A stretch of 63,527 bases of DNA, filler included, from Choristocarpus tenellus KU-1152 (taxonomy: Eukaryota; Protista; Phaeophyceae): NCBI GenBank assembly GCA_964200185.2. It is 10 parts of 10 records of this genome, joined end to end, with 100 filler letters (N's around TTAATTAATTAA, not from the genome) between each part and the next. Parts side by side here need not be neighbours in the genome. Positions count along the whole stretch, not along the records: positions 1 to 5,905 come from CAXNAD020009453.1; positions 6,006 to 14,695 come from CAXNAD020004442.1; 8 more parts are not named here. One strand, 5' to 3'. Position numbers and translations under genes: made by a program. The notes beneath the pieces were generated by a model that did no database searches, was not told the origin of the DNA, and was given only the letters and a program-made list of their open reading frames with translations. Each line of letters starts with the position of its first letter. Position 1 is the first letter of the stretch. Of this stretch, positions 1-11,600 are shown piece after piece.

Positions 1-962
1 GGAACAAAAAAACGAACAGCAATGCCATCATTTTTTTTTTACTGTAGACATCCCCGCGTATGAACCGCTTACACTCCACATCCTTCAACAGAATGAATTG
101 AAAAAATACTTTTAAAAAAAAACGCTGTCTTCGCCCAACCAAATTAAACACTCCGTTTGCTTTCCATTTAAGTGACTTTCCTTTCTTCTCACACAAAAAG
201 GTTGGGTTAAATTTAACTATTTCCACATGGAGGGTGCAGCAGGTAGGAGGAACAGAGCAAGGTTTAACAACAACAAAAAAATAGCAACTTCTATTCTAGT
301 CAAGCCTCTAACTCACTCAGAAATTCCAGCTTTCTGTCGACTTGGAATTCTGCAGTCGGTGGAACGGTATGATGCTACGACATTTAACCGTGAACGGTAT
401 AAGCAAAATAAACGCATACCATAAAAAAAAAACACGAAAAGTTGTACTTATTACCTCTGGATTAAAAAATATATATATATTTTAAACACCGGAAAAGAGA
501 AAATCATAAAACCGTAACTGTCAAATGACAGGTTTGTCTATCAAGAGGGGGCAGAAAGAGTAGGACAAAAAAAAGAAAAAGAAGAACGCAAGTAGTTGTA
601 CCTGCTGTCATGGAAAGAAAAAAATATATATATGGTATATATATATACATTAAAGATGAGGATTGTGTGATACAAAGTATGTGGTACAACATTTTTTTTT
701 TCACATGTCAAGTAGTAAGTGAACTGATTAAAACTTTATTTATTTATTTTAAAGCATCCAGCATGGAGACACACAATAGATAATAAGAACGTGCAATTCA
801 CACCGCGGTCCAATCAGAACAAAGAAAAAAAAGAAAAAAAAGAAAAAAACTTGAATCGCGGGTCTAGAAATCAAATAATAAAAAAATGAATCGCTCGCTC
901 CTTCCTTGATCCGCCCCCCACAGAAGTGGATGCATAACTGAAACATACACACATAACACATA

Positions 963-965
<3 letters not shown>

Positions 966-997
<32 letters not shown>
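966..997. repeat. (TG)n microsatellite
   Basis: Perfect GT dinucleotide run. Confidence 0.95.
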
Positions 998-1000
<3 letters not shown>

Positions 1001-1034
1001 CGTGTTCTTGCTTAGCAACTCTAAGAAACTCTAC

Positions 1035-3321
1035 CTAAATCGAGCTAAGACGGGGGCAAACCCTGCTCTCCTTTGCACCCTAATCTACAATTGTGGTGTG
1101 GAAGATAGATGTTTCAAACTCCGTGCATGCTACCCTCCAACTCCCATACAACTGCCTACCAATATAGTCATCACCCATACACCCCTCTTTCAGCCACATG
1201 GTGACAGACTTGCCCGCCCAGATAGCTGCAAATGCAAAGGTAAGAGGCTCAAAGTATCTGGGGGTGGCGGCTGTCCATTCAGAGCCCATTTTTCCATGTC
1301 GCGATTTTTGTGTGATTTGGTTGCATTTGTCGGATGGATGATGGATGATGGATGATGGATGATGAATGGTGGATGATGTAAATTCACTTTTCCCGATTAT
1401 GGTCCAAATGGACACCCTGGTGTAGACCCCACCTCACCCCCTCCCCCCCCAGATACTTTGAGTCTACAGTTGAATAAAAAAAGCAAAGGCAAAGGTCAAC
1501 CTGTGCACTTGTACTCCATAACCCTAACCCTAACCCTAACCCTAACCCTAACTCTCAGAATCCACTAATATACCTAGACCAGTCAAAGCAATGAAGAGGG
1601 GGTTGCCACTCAGTTGAAGATGGCCTTTTTGAATTTCTGGCAGCACCATGAGTACTGCAGACTAGATTTAGTTACTTCAGAGGATTAAGATTTAACTAGA
1701 TTTAGTTACTTCACAAGATTAAGATTTAACTAGATTTAGTTACTTCACAGGATTAAGATTTAACCAGATTTAGTTATTTCACAGGATTAAGTTACCCTTA
1801 CCGACAACCTTCTTTGTTTTTTTTATTTTTACTTTTAATTAAAAAAAAACTGTGTTATATTGTTGAAAGACTCAGAGAGGCCAATAAATGCATGAAACAC
1901 CCTTCTGCTATTAGTTCGTTTGAATTTCAGTAAGAGCGTAAGGCAAGCTTTCACCCAGCACACGCAAGAGAAAAAAGTGATATTATATACTCCATATATA
2001 TATATATGAGTATATAATAAAATATATACTGTACTCAGACATGTTGTAGCCCTAGTCTGAAAACTGTTGATTCATTTTGTTGATGCTCAAGTATAGTAAT
2101 AATAATTGATAATACTACAACCAATAATAATAGTTGGTGATAATAATAATAATAGAGGTAGTAGTAGTCATAGAAATATTTGGAGTATGGTAAAGACACA
2201 GCTTAGGGGAGTAGACCAATCAAAATCAAGGAGAATAATTTAATAAACTGCATGGAGGGGTTGGCTTGATATACAACCACAATTACCACAATCACTGTAT
2301 CAATATGATTTGGGGATGATGTTGGGGGGGGGAGGATGCTCAGGAAGTGTGTTTGGGAGGGTGGTGGGTTAGTGGACAGGGGGAAAGCTGTGTCCTGTCA
2401 TTGTGTAGAGTAGGCAACAACTGATACTGTGTCATCACCCTTCAAGAGGGGGGATGAGGCGCAACCTCAAGAAATGTATAGGAATTTGTTTAAACTACTC
2501 TTAGAATATTGCACATAAACAAAAGAGAGAGAGAGAGAGATGTCCACTTGAATGTACAAGAAAAAAACACCGCCTTCCACGTAGGCAAAGTCGATCAATC
2601 AAGGATGGAATTCAAAAAAATCTGTACTTTTTCCTCTAGAAAAAACTCTGATCCTCAATTTGTATGAATATTACAAAAAAATAAAGGGAAAAAAAAAGTT
2701 AACAATATAACACACTTCAAAACTGCACAAAAGTGCTAATGTATGGATATTCACAAAACAAGTATACGTATTATTATTATTAGCAACGCACACACTAACC
2801 CTAACCCTAACAAAAAAAAGAAGGAATACCTCGCTCTTCACCTGCATCTATCAAAACTCCATTTTCTTCCCCCCACAGAGTCAGAACAAAAAATCAACAT
2901 CCATTGCATTGTAAACAGAAAAAATCAACATCACGCACGGATTGAAAAAAAAATAAACCCAACAAAAAAAACTTGAAACAAATTCTATCATTTCAAGAGG
3001 AATTTATTGTTGAAGTAAGAGGTAATGCCCCTACATCCTTCCAACACCTTTCTCGAACCAGTTTGTTCCTATGTCAACAATCTGCATCAAAGAGCCATCA
3101 CCCTCAATCCCATCCCCCACACAACCACCCACCCACCCACCCACCACCACCACTACCACCTTCCCAACATTCACACATCCAAGCCCATTACACACACATA
3201 TGCATTCTGGTTCTTCAGGTTGACTCACGACTGGGAGCATAGACTATTCCCCCTCCTCTCAGTGCTACCGATGCAGCCAGAGCAGCTCCAGCCCTTCCAA
3301 CTGAACCGACCGCAGTTGAAC
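1035..3321 (-). CDS. Candidate internal exons of an unknown spliced gene (3269-3321, 1574-1654, 1035-1079); may belong to the gene starting at 5603
   Basis: Three AG/GT-bounded segments splice in consistent phases (0-2, 2-2, 2-2) to an open peptide VQLRSVQLEGLELLWLHR-THGAARNSKRPSSTEWQPPLHCFDWSR-VQRRAGFAPVLARF. No recognisable domain. Confidence 0.3.
1246..1464 (+). mobile_element. MITE family A copy with internal 7-bp microsatellite expansion
   Basis: TIR GGCTCAAAGTATCTGGGG...CCCCAGATACTTTGAGTC; body alignable to copies at 18482, 22363, 41374 and 62230. Confidence 0.85.
1519..1552. repeat. Interstitial telomere-like (CCCTAA)n
   Basis: About 5.5 perfect TAACCC units, internal to the contig. 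Confidence 0.9.
1661..1791. repeat. 34-bp minisatellite, about 4 copies
   Basis: Unit ACTAGATTTAGTTACTTCACAGGATTAAGATTTA repeated head-to-tail with few substitutions. Confidence 0.9.
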
Positions 3322-3422
3322 CTATACTCGCCATATTTAAAAAATAGTAAAAGTAAAACAATAAAAAATAAAAGAAAAAAAAGTAGCGCTCAAGTGTTGT
3401 GCTCTGTCTGTGTCTGTCTCTC

Positions 3423-3456
3423 TGTATGTATGTATGTATGTATGTATGTATGTATG

Positions 3457-3486
<30 letters not shown>
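3423..3486. repeat. (TGTA)n microsatellite
   Basis: Perfect tetranucleotide run. Confidence 0.95.
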
Positions 3487-3487
<1 letters not shown>

Positions 3488-3616
3488 GCCAACATGTGAT
3501 TTCATCAAATTATCTGTATCAATAGAAACACACATAAGGCTTTTGCACCGCCCAGGAAGTTAGGGACTGGAACATGAACCACAGTCCCTTCGTATATTTT
3601 CTGAAGGCCCAGACTG

Positions 3617-3654
3617 AACCCTAACCCTAACCCTAACCCTAACCCTAACCCTAA
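3617..3654. repeat. Interstitial telomere-like (CCCTAA)n
   Basis: About 6 perfect units. Confidence 0.9.
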
Positions 3655-5401
3655 GAGATACATACCACTCCTCGGGAAATCCTGTAAATGAGATCCTGTA
3701 AATGTATGTATATATTATATTATTCAGGCCCACCCAGGAATAGTTGAATCTTGATTACGTATGTCAATATTTGTGTAAAAATATTGCTACTAGTGTTAGG
3801 GCTTTGGGAGGGGTTGCAAAATTAGGTGCAACTCTGAATCTTCAATTCAACCGCCTTCAGCCATTGCAAAAAAAGAGCCCAGCAAATCAATCTCAATTTC
3901 TCTCCCCTCAAGAAGGTCCGCTTGACCATACCATGAGAATTTACCGTGTTCCAATAATTTCTTCTGTGTGCATGTGCAACGAAGTGACAGTTCACTGACT
4001 TTTCAGCTGGCTATACATTTCTTTTATTTTCAAGTTTAGTTTTAACAGCCTTAAATCAAAATATCCGTTCGCTACCACTTTGTAAGATTTCTTTTTTTTT
4101 AATTGATCCCAACAAACAGTATGAGGGATACAAAATAGTAAGCTGCAAAGATTCTTAAAAAAACTCTGAGGAAAAAAAAAACTTGCACGAAGTCTTGTAC
4201 GCCTCCCTTCCTACACTCTATACATTGACTATTTCTCACAGTATGGTATCCGTTGAGAAATAGGACCAAACGTTCAAACTAATGTAGTACTGGAGTATAT
4301 AAAAATTTTAAATATACATATATGTATATTTCACATATTTACTGGGATCCGGCCCGATCCTTTCAAAAATAATCTTCCCCGAGCCAGTCCGTGGCCCCGT
4401 CCTGCTAGATTTCCTATTGCCCTGACCTGACCCATTCAAAAACATGCGAATCGAGCCGATTTATGCTTCGGTCATGAGAAAATTGCTACGGGCCGGGTCC
4501 GGTCTTCTAAAAAATGTTCTTGCAGAGCCGGCTCGCGTTCGGCCTCGTCATACCTACTCGGTGGAGTGTAAAACCCTGAAAACGCAGACCTTGACCAATA
4601 TCAAAGTGCGGTATGAGAGCGGAGAGTGGTGGGGTATTATATTAACCCATACTGAAGTACATCCTTCAACATATAAAAGTAAGACTAAGCAACAGCTGGA
4701 CGATAAGGGTAGGGGGTAGGTGTGAGGGACTTTGGATTGAAGGGTTACAGAATATTTCTCATTAAAAACAGAATCAGAATGGGAAAGGAGGGCAACTACG
4801 TGCCATAATGACTCGTGGGTCCTGTCTCATATGCTCCGAGAAATCTTGGTGGAAGAAGTGAGTGTAAGCTATAGAAACGAGGAATGGTTGTGGAAACAAA
4901 AGATAACGGTGACAGCAATGTGGTACGACGGATGGTAACAAAGTATCAACGAAGAATTAGGAGACAGGGTGTGGGGACCGTAAGGGTACATCTTGACAAA
5001 TGGAAATCCCTTCAACAAGTTTCGTGTTAACTATCGCATGACGTAAAGAGGGCTGAATTAAAATCACAAGTACCCGATTTCAGCGCGGGTCACATGTCAT
5101 CGTAGGTATCTAGTACCAACTGTAATCTTCAGCCACAATGTTGCAAGTATGTAGCACCATAGTAGATACCAAATGTATCCCGAGTATATATACGTACTAA
5201 CACATGCCCACCGCACTACCAAGGACGCTAACGCACAACTCATCAATCAACAACAGTCACTGACTTCCACTCTGGGGATTGCTGATGGGAACTGTTTGCT
5301 GTGGAGAAAAACTCCAATCTATGTCCAGATTTCACCCACCGATAACAATTACATATGGTTTAACTCGCCAATACTAGACACAAAGACTTCTACACTCCCA
5401 C

Positions 5402-5603
5402 CTGGGATGACCATCGCCATATTATATGAACCACCACTACCATAGGTCTCTGGTAGGGTCAAAAACTCCCTCCCTTTTGATCGCTGGACACACCGGTAAG
5501 AAGTGTAGGGGAGTATGGGAACCGACGGCGTGGTGAAAGCACTGACACATAGCACAAGTGGAGCTGCCAGGAGCGATAGATTCAATATCCGAGAGATATG
5601 CAT
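5402..5603 (-). CDS. Probable first exon of a nucleus-encoded plastid-targeted (or secreted) protein
   Basis: MHISRILNLSLLAAPLVLCVSA-FTTPSV: hydrophobic signal peptide followed by SA|F, matching the stramenopile ASAFAP-type bipartite presequence; donor CCAG|GTGGGA at 5401. Confidence 0.5.
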
Positions 5604-5866
5604 GTTGCAGGGATGTCAGGGCTGCACCAGGTTCACGCACTGCCGAAAGGGAGGTTGCACATAGATGTTGAAGTTTCCTACGAGTTGGACGAGATATTTC
5701 AATATATAAACATCAAACATTCAACAACAAGATCAAGCATCAAACCGAAAATGACTTAAAATATCGAGTAAAAATGAACAATTACCCGACTAACACTAGA
5801 ATGTTTCATAAGTGTTATCACCCCTTGTTTTGCTGTTGATATTTTTCATTACCTAAGGGAAGGAAA

Positions 5867-5905
5867 GACCCAAAGTATCTGAGAGGGGGGGGAGGTCTAC
5901 ACCAG
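5867..5905 (-). mobile_element. MITE family A end, truncated by contig end
   Basis: GACCCAAAGTATCT + G-run + GTCTACACCAG is the reverse complement of the family A right end. Confidence 0.75.
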
Positions 5906-6005
5906 NNNNNNNNNNNNNNNNNNNNNNNNNNNNNNNNNNNNNNNNNNNNTTAATTAATTAANNNNNNNNNNNNNNNNNNNNNNNNNNNNNNNNNNNNNNN
6001 NNNNN
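5906..6005. other. Artificial contig linker
   Basis: 44 N + TTAATTAATTAA (stops in six frames) + 44 N, identical at nine positions. Confidence 0.98.
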
Positions 6006-6056
6006 TGTTAGTTGGAAGAAAGGCCCTAGGGGGGGGGGGGGGTCGGTAAAAGACGA

Positions 6057-6236
6057 GGGGGGGGGGGGGGGGGGGGGGGGGGGGAAGTCTACTCCAGTGT
6101 GTCCATTTGGCCCCAAATAAAAAAAAGTGCATTTACAGTATCCATCCAACGTATGCAACGAAATCACCCAAAAGTTGCGACATGAAAAAATTGGCCCCAA
6201 CTGAACATCCGCCACCCCCCCCAGACACTTTGAGCC
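6057..6236 (-). mobile_element. MITE family A copy, one end disrupted near the contig start
   Basis: Reverse-orientation body ending CCCCAGACACTTTGAGCC. Confidence 0.8.
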
Positions 6237-6490
6237 ATAACGTTTCGTCCCAACACCATAATGATGGTACTCCTGCCCAAGATAGTCGCGAGCCAATTGA
6301 TGGGCCTTGCAAGAAAAATAATTTGTGAAGATTCGATTTTTTTTCTGTCTGGTGCACTCAGCATCTTAATGATTTCCAAAATGGAGTTGGTATTATCGCC
6401 ATTGTCATCATTATTATCATTGCTATTTTTTCGCACACCTACATGATAAGAAGATTTAGAGGGCAAGGGGGTGTTGAATGGTGTATGTAA

Positions 6491-6755
6491 GAGTCAAAGT
6501 ATCTTAGGGTTAGGGTACGACCGCATCCAAATGGGAGACAGAATCCAATGTTGCAATTTTGACGTAATGTTGGCTATCATGTTTGTTTGGAAGTGTCAAC
6601 ATCCTTGTTCCGGACACATCTTCTCATAACGTATACATTTTACCTACTCCTAAACATTTCGGAGTAGGAAAATGTCATTAAAAACCCTGGGAAGTCAAGT
6701 CCCAAACGGACAAACAGGGCAAAACTCGTACCCTAACCCTAAGAGACTTTCACTC
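6491..6755 (+). mobile_element. MITE family B copy with telomere-repeat-containing 30-bp TIRs
   Basis: GAGTCAAAGTATCTTAGGGTTAGGGTACGA...TCGTACCCTAACCCTAAGAGACTTTCACTC; body alignable to 7739-8000. Confidence 0.85.
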
Positions 6756-7311
6756 GAACCTAGTACTTAGTTGAGTGCGAAGCAGAAGTCATCAATAATT
6801 AGTCGAGTGAAGTGCAAATGCTGTGTTTGACACACCAAGTTGTGTATGCCTCTTGTGCTAACCCCAACCCAGTCATTGCACTGTGGCTTCCGGAGGTCGA
6901 TTCATGCCCTTTTGATTAGAAGGGGGCTTATACGATCTTCTCCCTGACGCCTCTGTCCCTATGCCTGAAATGCAACTAACCTCCATAAGGAGGCTGTGGC
7001 AGTAGAAGAGGGGACAAGACATATCTCCATGCAAGCTTGAAGTCGCCTTCCAGAGTACTAGTAACACATGCACCAGAAACAGTGAAGGGGTGGCATAGCT
7101 TGGAGTCAATGATCGGCCCCTTTTTTTTATTGATGTACCACCGAGAAGGCATTCACAGAGGTTCCTTATCCTCAACAACGACACCCCCTATCCCATCCTA
7201 GGATGCTGCAACTCAATCATTTATACGACTCTTGTCATAACTCATCCATATGTGCTAAAATGCCAAATTTCTAGAATAGTCACACAGCAGTCAACAGGAA
7301 TGCCCCAGGAT

Positions 7312-7530
7312 GAGAGACCGTCAGGGATACATGAGAGAGTTGGTGGAGAGGGCGGTATGGTGTACCTATGAGAGGAGACGAGCCTCGGATTAGAGGCCGT
7401 CAGGGATATATGAGAGAGGTGGTGGAGAGGGTGGTGTGTTGTACCTTTGAGAGTAGACGAGCCTCAGGTTGAGATAGCATCAGGGATATATGACAGATGT
7501 GGTGGAGAGGGTGGTATGGTGTACCTTGAG
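7312..7530. repeat. 79-80-bp tandem repeat, about 3 diverged copies
   Basis: TCAGGGATA...GGTGGAGAGGG...TGTACCT recurs at 7321, 7400 and 7480. Confidence 0.85.
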
Positions 7531-7738
7531 CGGATCTGACGATGGTTTATGAGATAAGCTTACACTGCCAAGGGACTACCTCGTACCACCAGAATGATCC
7601 GCTGAACACCCATTTCGTTGGTGGCATTCTTTGATACGATCGAGAAAATCAGAGTATTCCCGTGCAATTTTGGGCTATTATGTACCTTGTGCCCTGGTGA
7701 CCAGTAGCAGCAGAGAGGGGAGGTAGAAAGATCCCAAT

Positions 7739-8000
7739 GAGTCAAAGTATCTTAGAGGGTAGAGCCCTGCCCATTTGGGGGCCAAACTCCAATGTCGCAA
7801 TATTGATGTAGTTTTGGATATCATGTTTGTTAGCAGATGTCGATATCCTTATTCCGGACTCACCTTTTTTCTTAACGTATACATTATACCTACTCCGAAA
7901 CATTTTGGAGTAGGTAAGATGTCATTAAGAACCTGTCAGAAGCCAAGCCCCAAACGGACAAAGAGGGGAAAAAATCGTACCCCCTAAGATACTTTCACTC
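7739..8000 (+). mobile_element. MITE family B copy
   Basis: TIR GAGTCAAAGTATCTTAG...CTAAGATACTTTCACTC; homologous to 6491-6755. Confidence 0.85.
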
Positions 8001-8694
8001 CATAATGGAAAAGGGAACAAAAAGGTTCAGAGTATCTGGGGGAGGGGGGGGGGGGGTGAAAATGGAACCCTGTGACATAGAAACTATTTATATCTAAGCA
8101 AAGGTAGGTAATACAGAAAAGGGAATTGAAGGCCAGGGCAACAGACAACCCTCGCAGGAATAGCACCCACCACAAGACAAAAGGAGAAGGCAAGCGGGTG
8201 TGAAGAATGCATAGATTTGTCATCAAAAAGTGACCTTTGCTACATGTTCTGTGCAAAATTCCAACCCCTCCTGTCTTGACATGCCCTACCAGTTAAGAAA
8301 TGGGTAGTACTGTGAATAGTAACAATGGCTCCAAAGTAGTCTTTGCAGTATAAATCTTAGGAAATGACTACATACTATCCCCTTACCCATGGATCAAAAG
8401 GAATCATCCCAAGCAATAGTGGTATCCAGACTAGTCAATCAAGAACTACAGTTAAAAGTTGCCAGTGACGGCATAGTAGTCTTCAGTGTATATACAGAAA
8501 CAGCACGTGAGCCCTCTTCCCCCACACACTACCAAAAAATAAAAATAAAAAATGACCCGCAAAACCTACCAAAATACACACACGCACTTACCCTCTAATA
8601 GAATCTGCATCCACATACATACATATATATATATATATATTTAATTCTCACCGCCTCCCATGATTGTAGCACTCCCACAGCTAGAGCGGCTCAC

Positions 8695-11600
8695 ACAGTT
8701 GAGGCGAGTGAGAGTCGATACCTTTCCACAAGTTTTAGCTTACGTACCGGATCTGTCACAAGCACAGTGCTGGGAATGACTAACGGAGAGGTCACCTTGC
8801 ATTCAGGGCAGTCTTGATCTTTACTCTGAAAAGCATGCAGAGATCAGGCCAGCGGCAATTGGACAACGGAGCGAATCAACACTTTCCACTCCACACAACC
8901 CTCTCCTGAATAAACATTTTTTCAGATACTACAGGTACCATTGCAGGATTGACTGCCTGTCTGCCTGTCTGCCTTGCCTGCCTTGCCTGTTGAGGTGAGA
9001 AGGCGAGGTCATAGATCCCCGACCACAAAGACATGTACAGTCCGTGCATTCATGGATAAAAGAATATCCTGTTGTAATGAATGAACTCAACTGAAGCTTC
9101 TCAAAAGACTAATATAAATACCGGTGAATAAGAAAGAGGAGACATCATTAAAATTATCATGCCCTCTGTTGACAAAAAAAGTAATAATTCCCATGACACA
9201 ATAAAATATGTTTGTTCTTTTTCCTTATTCCCCCCCTCCCCACATCACGGATTGGAACGCGACGTAAAGAAGCAATCAATCAGAGTCACCAACGAACCTT
9301 TTGCCTCCATTCCATTATACATGAGATGCAATAAACATGATGGCACCCGACAAGCAATCCAAATCGATTCTTCACCCTCTCCAGGCATACCCCACACTCT
9401 GCCTTCCGAGACTGCCAGAGGTGCCATGGAATTGGGGTGGGCACACAGGAAGGGGAGAAGGAGGGACAGGGGGGCGGGGAGATTCTTGGGTTAGCTGTCT
9501 AATCAATCATTTCATCACATTTTTCAATCATTCCATAATGTCATTGGAGGGTATATACCTTAACCTTGACCAAAGAGTAGATACTACCACAGTATACTTC
9601 AAAATTCAACACTTCAGGAACACACCTGGAATCTCACTGAGGTTTCAGGGTGAGAGGAGGGAGGAAAGGGGGCACTGGCTGTAGAGGTGATCATGCATGT
9701 TGCCACAAACAAAAAGAAGTTGTCCCTGTGTTTTCTTCAGTTTACGTACACCGATGAAATTCTCACTCCTCCTGATCTACGTAAGTCACTACAATATGAT
9801 AGGGTTATATGTATATATATACATTTTAGTGTGTACTGCCACACTACCATTAGCAAAAAAGAAAAGAAAAAACTACAGCTCATCAAAAATCAAACTCACA
9901 AAAAACTGAACAAACCTGACGCCTCTCCTGCTCATCCAAGTCCACCACCTTAGCCTTGCGTCCCTGATCATGATCAGTCACTTTTCCAACACAAGAGGAG
10001 ACCACTTCACCTCCCTCACCTCCCTCACCTCCCTCAGCTGCAAAACTACTCCCCCCTCTGCATCCTCCTCCACCATGCCTCTTTTGCACATGACTATGGG
10101 AAGCGGGTGGGTCTGGTGTTCCAGCTAGTGGATGATATCCTAGATTTTGAGGGGGAACTGTTAACCTCCCGCCTTCCAACTCTCTGGAAAATCCTTCCAT
10201 AGCCCCCGCATCGCTATTGTGACTGCTGTCACCTGCATCCTCTAGGTCCTGTCTCTCACCAAAGTTATCGGAGTCACAGACCAGGGAAGGAACCAAGGTA
10301 GGGGCAGGGGCCTTCACCATTGAAGCCTCCGTGGCAGGTATCAGTCCAGGGGGTGCAGTTGTAGGAGTTGTGGTAGGGAATTAAACTATTGTGGGGGGTA
10401 CAGCAGTTTCAGGGATGACCACTGAGGCAGGGATGGAAGCAGCAGCAACATCAGCAGCAGCAGCAGCAACAGTCATGAGTTCAGCGGAGGTAGTACTGAG
10501 AGTGACTGCTGCAGAAGAAACAATATTTGTGGTCCATGTTGAGGCAGCAGGGGAAGCAGGGTCAGCAGGTGCATTGCCTGCTGTGGGTGTTTTGTGTGAG
10601 AACCGGCACTTGTCTCCATTCAGACACCTGCCTCTTGAACAGAAACGACAGCTTATAGCTTTAAGGCCAACCACAGCAGTGGATGATTCCTTTGCTTTAA
10701 GACCAACCACAGCAGTGGATGATTCCTTTGCTTTAAAGCCAACCACAGGAGTGGATGATTCCTTTGCTTCCTCTGAGGAAGGAGAGGATGCTGCAATCCC
10801 TGCTGTCATTGCCGTAAGTTTTATAGCACGCGATGAATCCACAACAGCTGGAAGGAGTGACAGCCCTGTGACAGCTGTAAGAGGGGGTGGGGTGGCAATG
10901 GGTGTACGGGGAGGAGGGGAAAAATATATATATATATATATATTTAAGCAGACTGTATAATCCTCTTTATCGTACCCTGTTGCAAACAGATTTTGATCAA
11001 GTCTGTACACATTCACCAAGCAAAAACCTGTTCACTCTTGACTCGGCTGGGAGGGCCGGGGGGGGGGGGGGAGAGAATCCTCCTCTCCTTGCCCTCATGT
11101 TCACATTGTTTTCAACATGGTAGGTGAGGGCATGAACAATACTCCTCAATTCTCAATTAGTGTTAGGGTTAGAGTTGTGATCTGCAAAAGGATGTATTCC
11201 AGTTCTTGTACGGGGTGAAATAAACACTGCCCATACATCCATTCCCAAAAAACAAGTGAGCAAGGGACACTGATAGGGAATGTGCGTGGGGGGGGTGTCC
11301 ATATCGAAAAAAGGACCCACCAATACTTGCAACACTGGATTCTGCAGGTAGGATTTTCCTGGTCGCAGCGGCCAACCAAGTGCCACCTTCCACGGCCTCC
11401 TTATCCTCAGACTTAGTCATGGACACATCCACTGCATTCTCATTCTTGGAATTCATCTTGGCTCGCGCTACAGCCTCAGATGCTCCAGTGAAGGTTCTCT
11501 GGTTGGTCTCTAACTCTGCTCCAGCAGTTTTCTCACCTTTCGGCACACCCTTAGCAGCCCCTGCTTTTCTCTTATTTCCCTTACTTTCCACCCTTTCCTT

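Noticed and set aside
1080-1415. Recurrent short ORFs such as ...QITQKSRHGKMG... and ...PTYATKSPK... as a small-protein family
   Set aside because: They are chance translations of the non-coding MITE; frames, starts and stops are not conserved between copies.
1661-1791. 34-bp repeats as a CRISPR array
   Set aside because: Units are head-to-tail with no unique spacers, the context is eukaryotic, and no cas genes are present. The same applies to the 12-bp and 80-bp arrays.
1519-3654. (CCCTAA)n tracts as true chromosome ends
   Set aside because: Only 5-6 units, internal to the contig, with unique DNA on both sides.
5950-5961. TTAATTAATTAA as a biological palindrome or regulatory site
   Set aside because: Always centred in exactly 44+44 Ns; a synthetic six-frame-stop spacer.
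8691-8693. TGA at the position of a conserved makorin Cys read as selenocysteine or recoded
   Set aside because: The TGA is part of a consensus GTGAG donor (ACT GT|GTGAGC), so it is most simply intronic.
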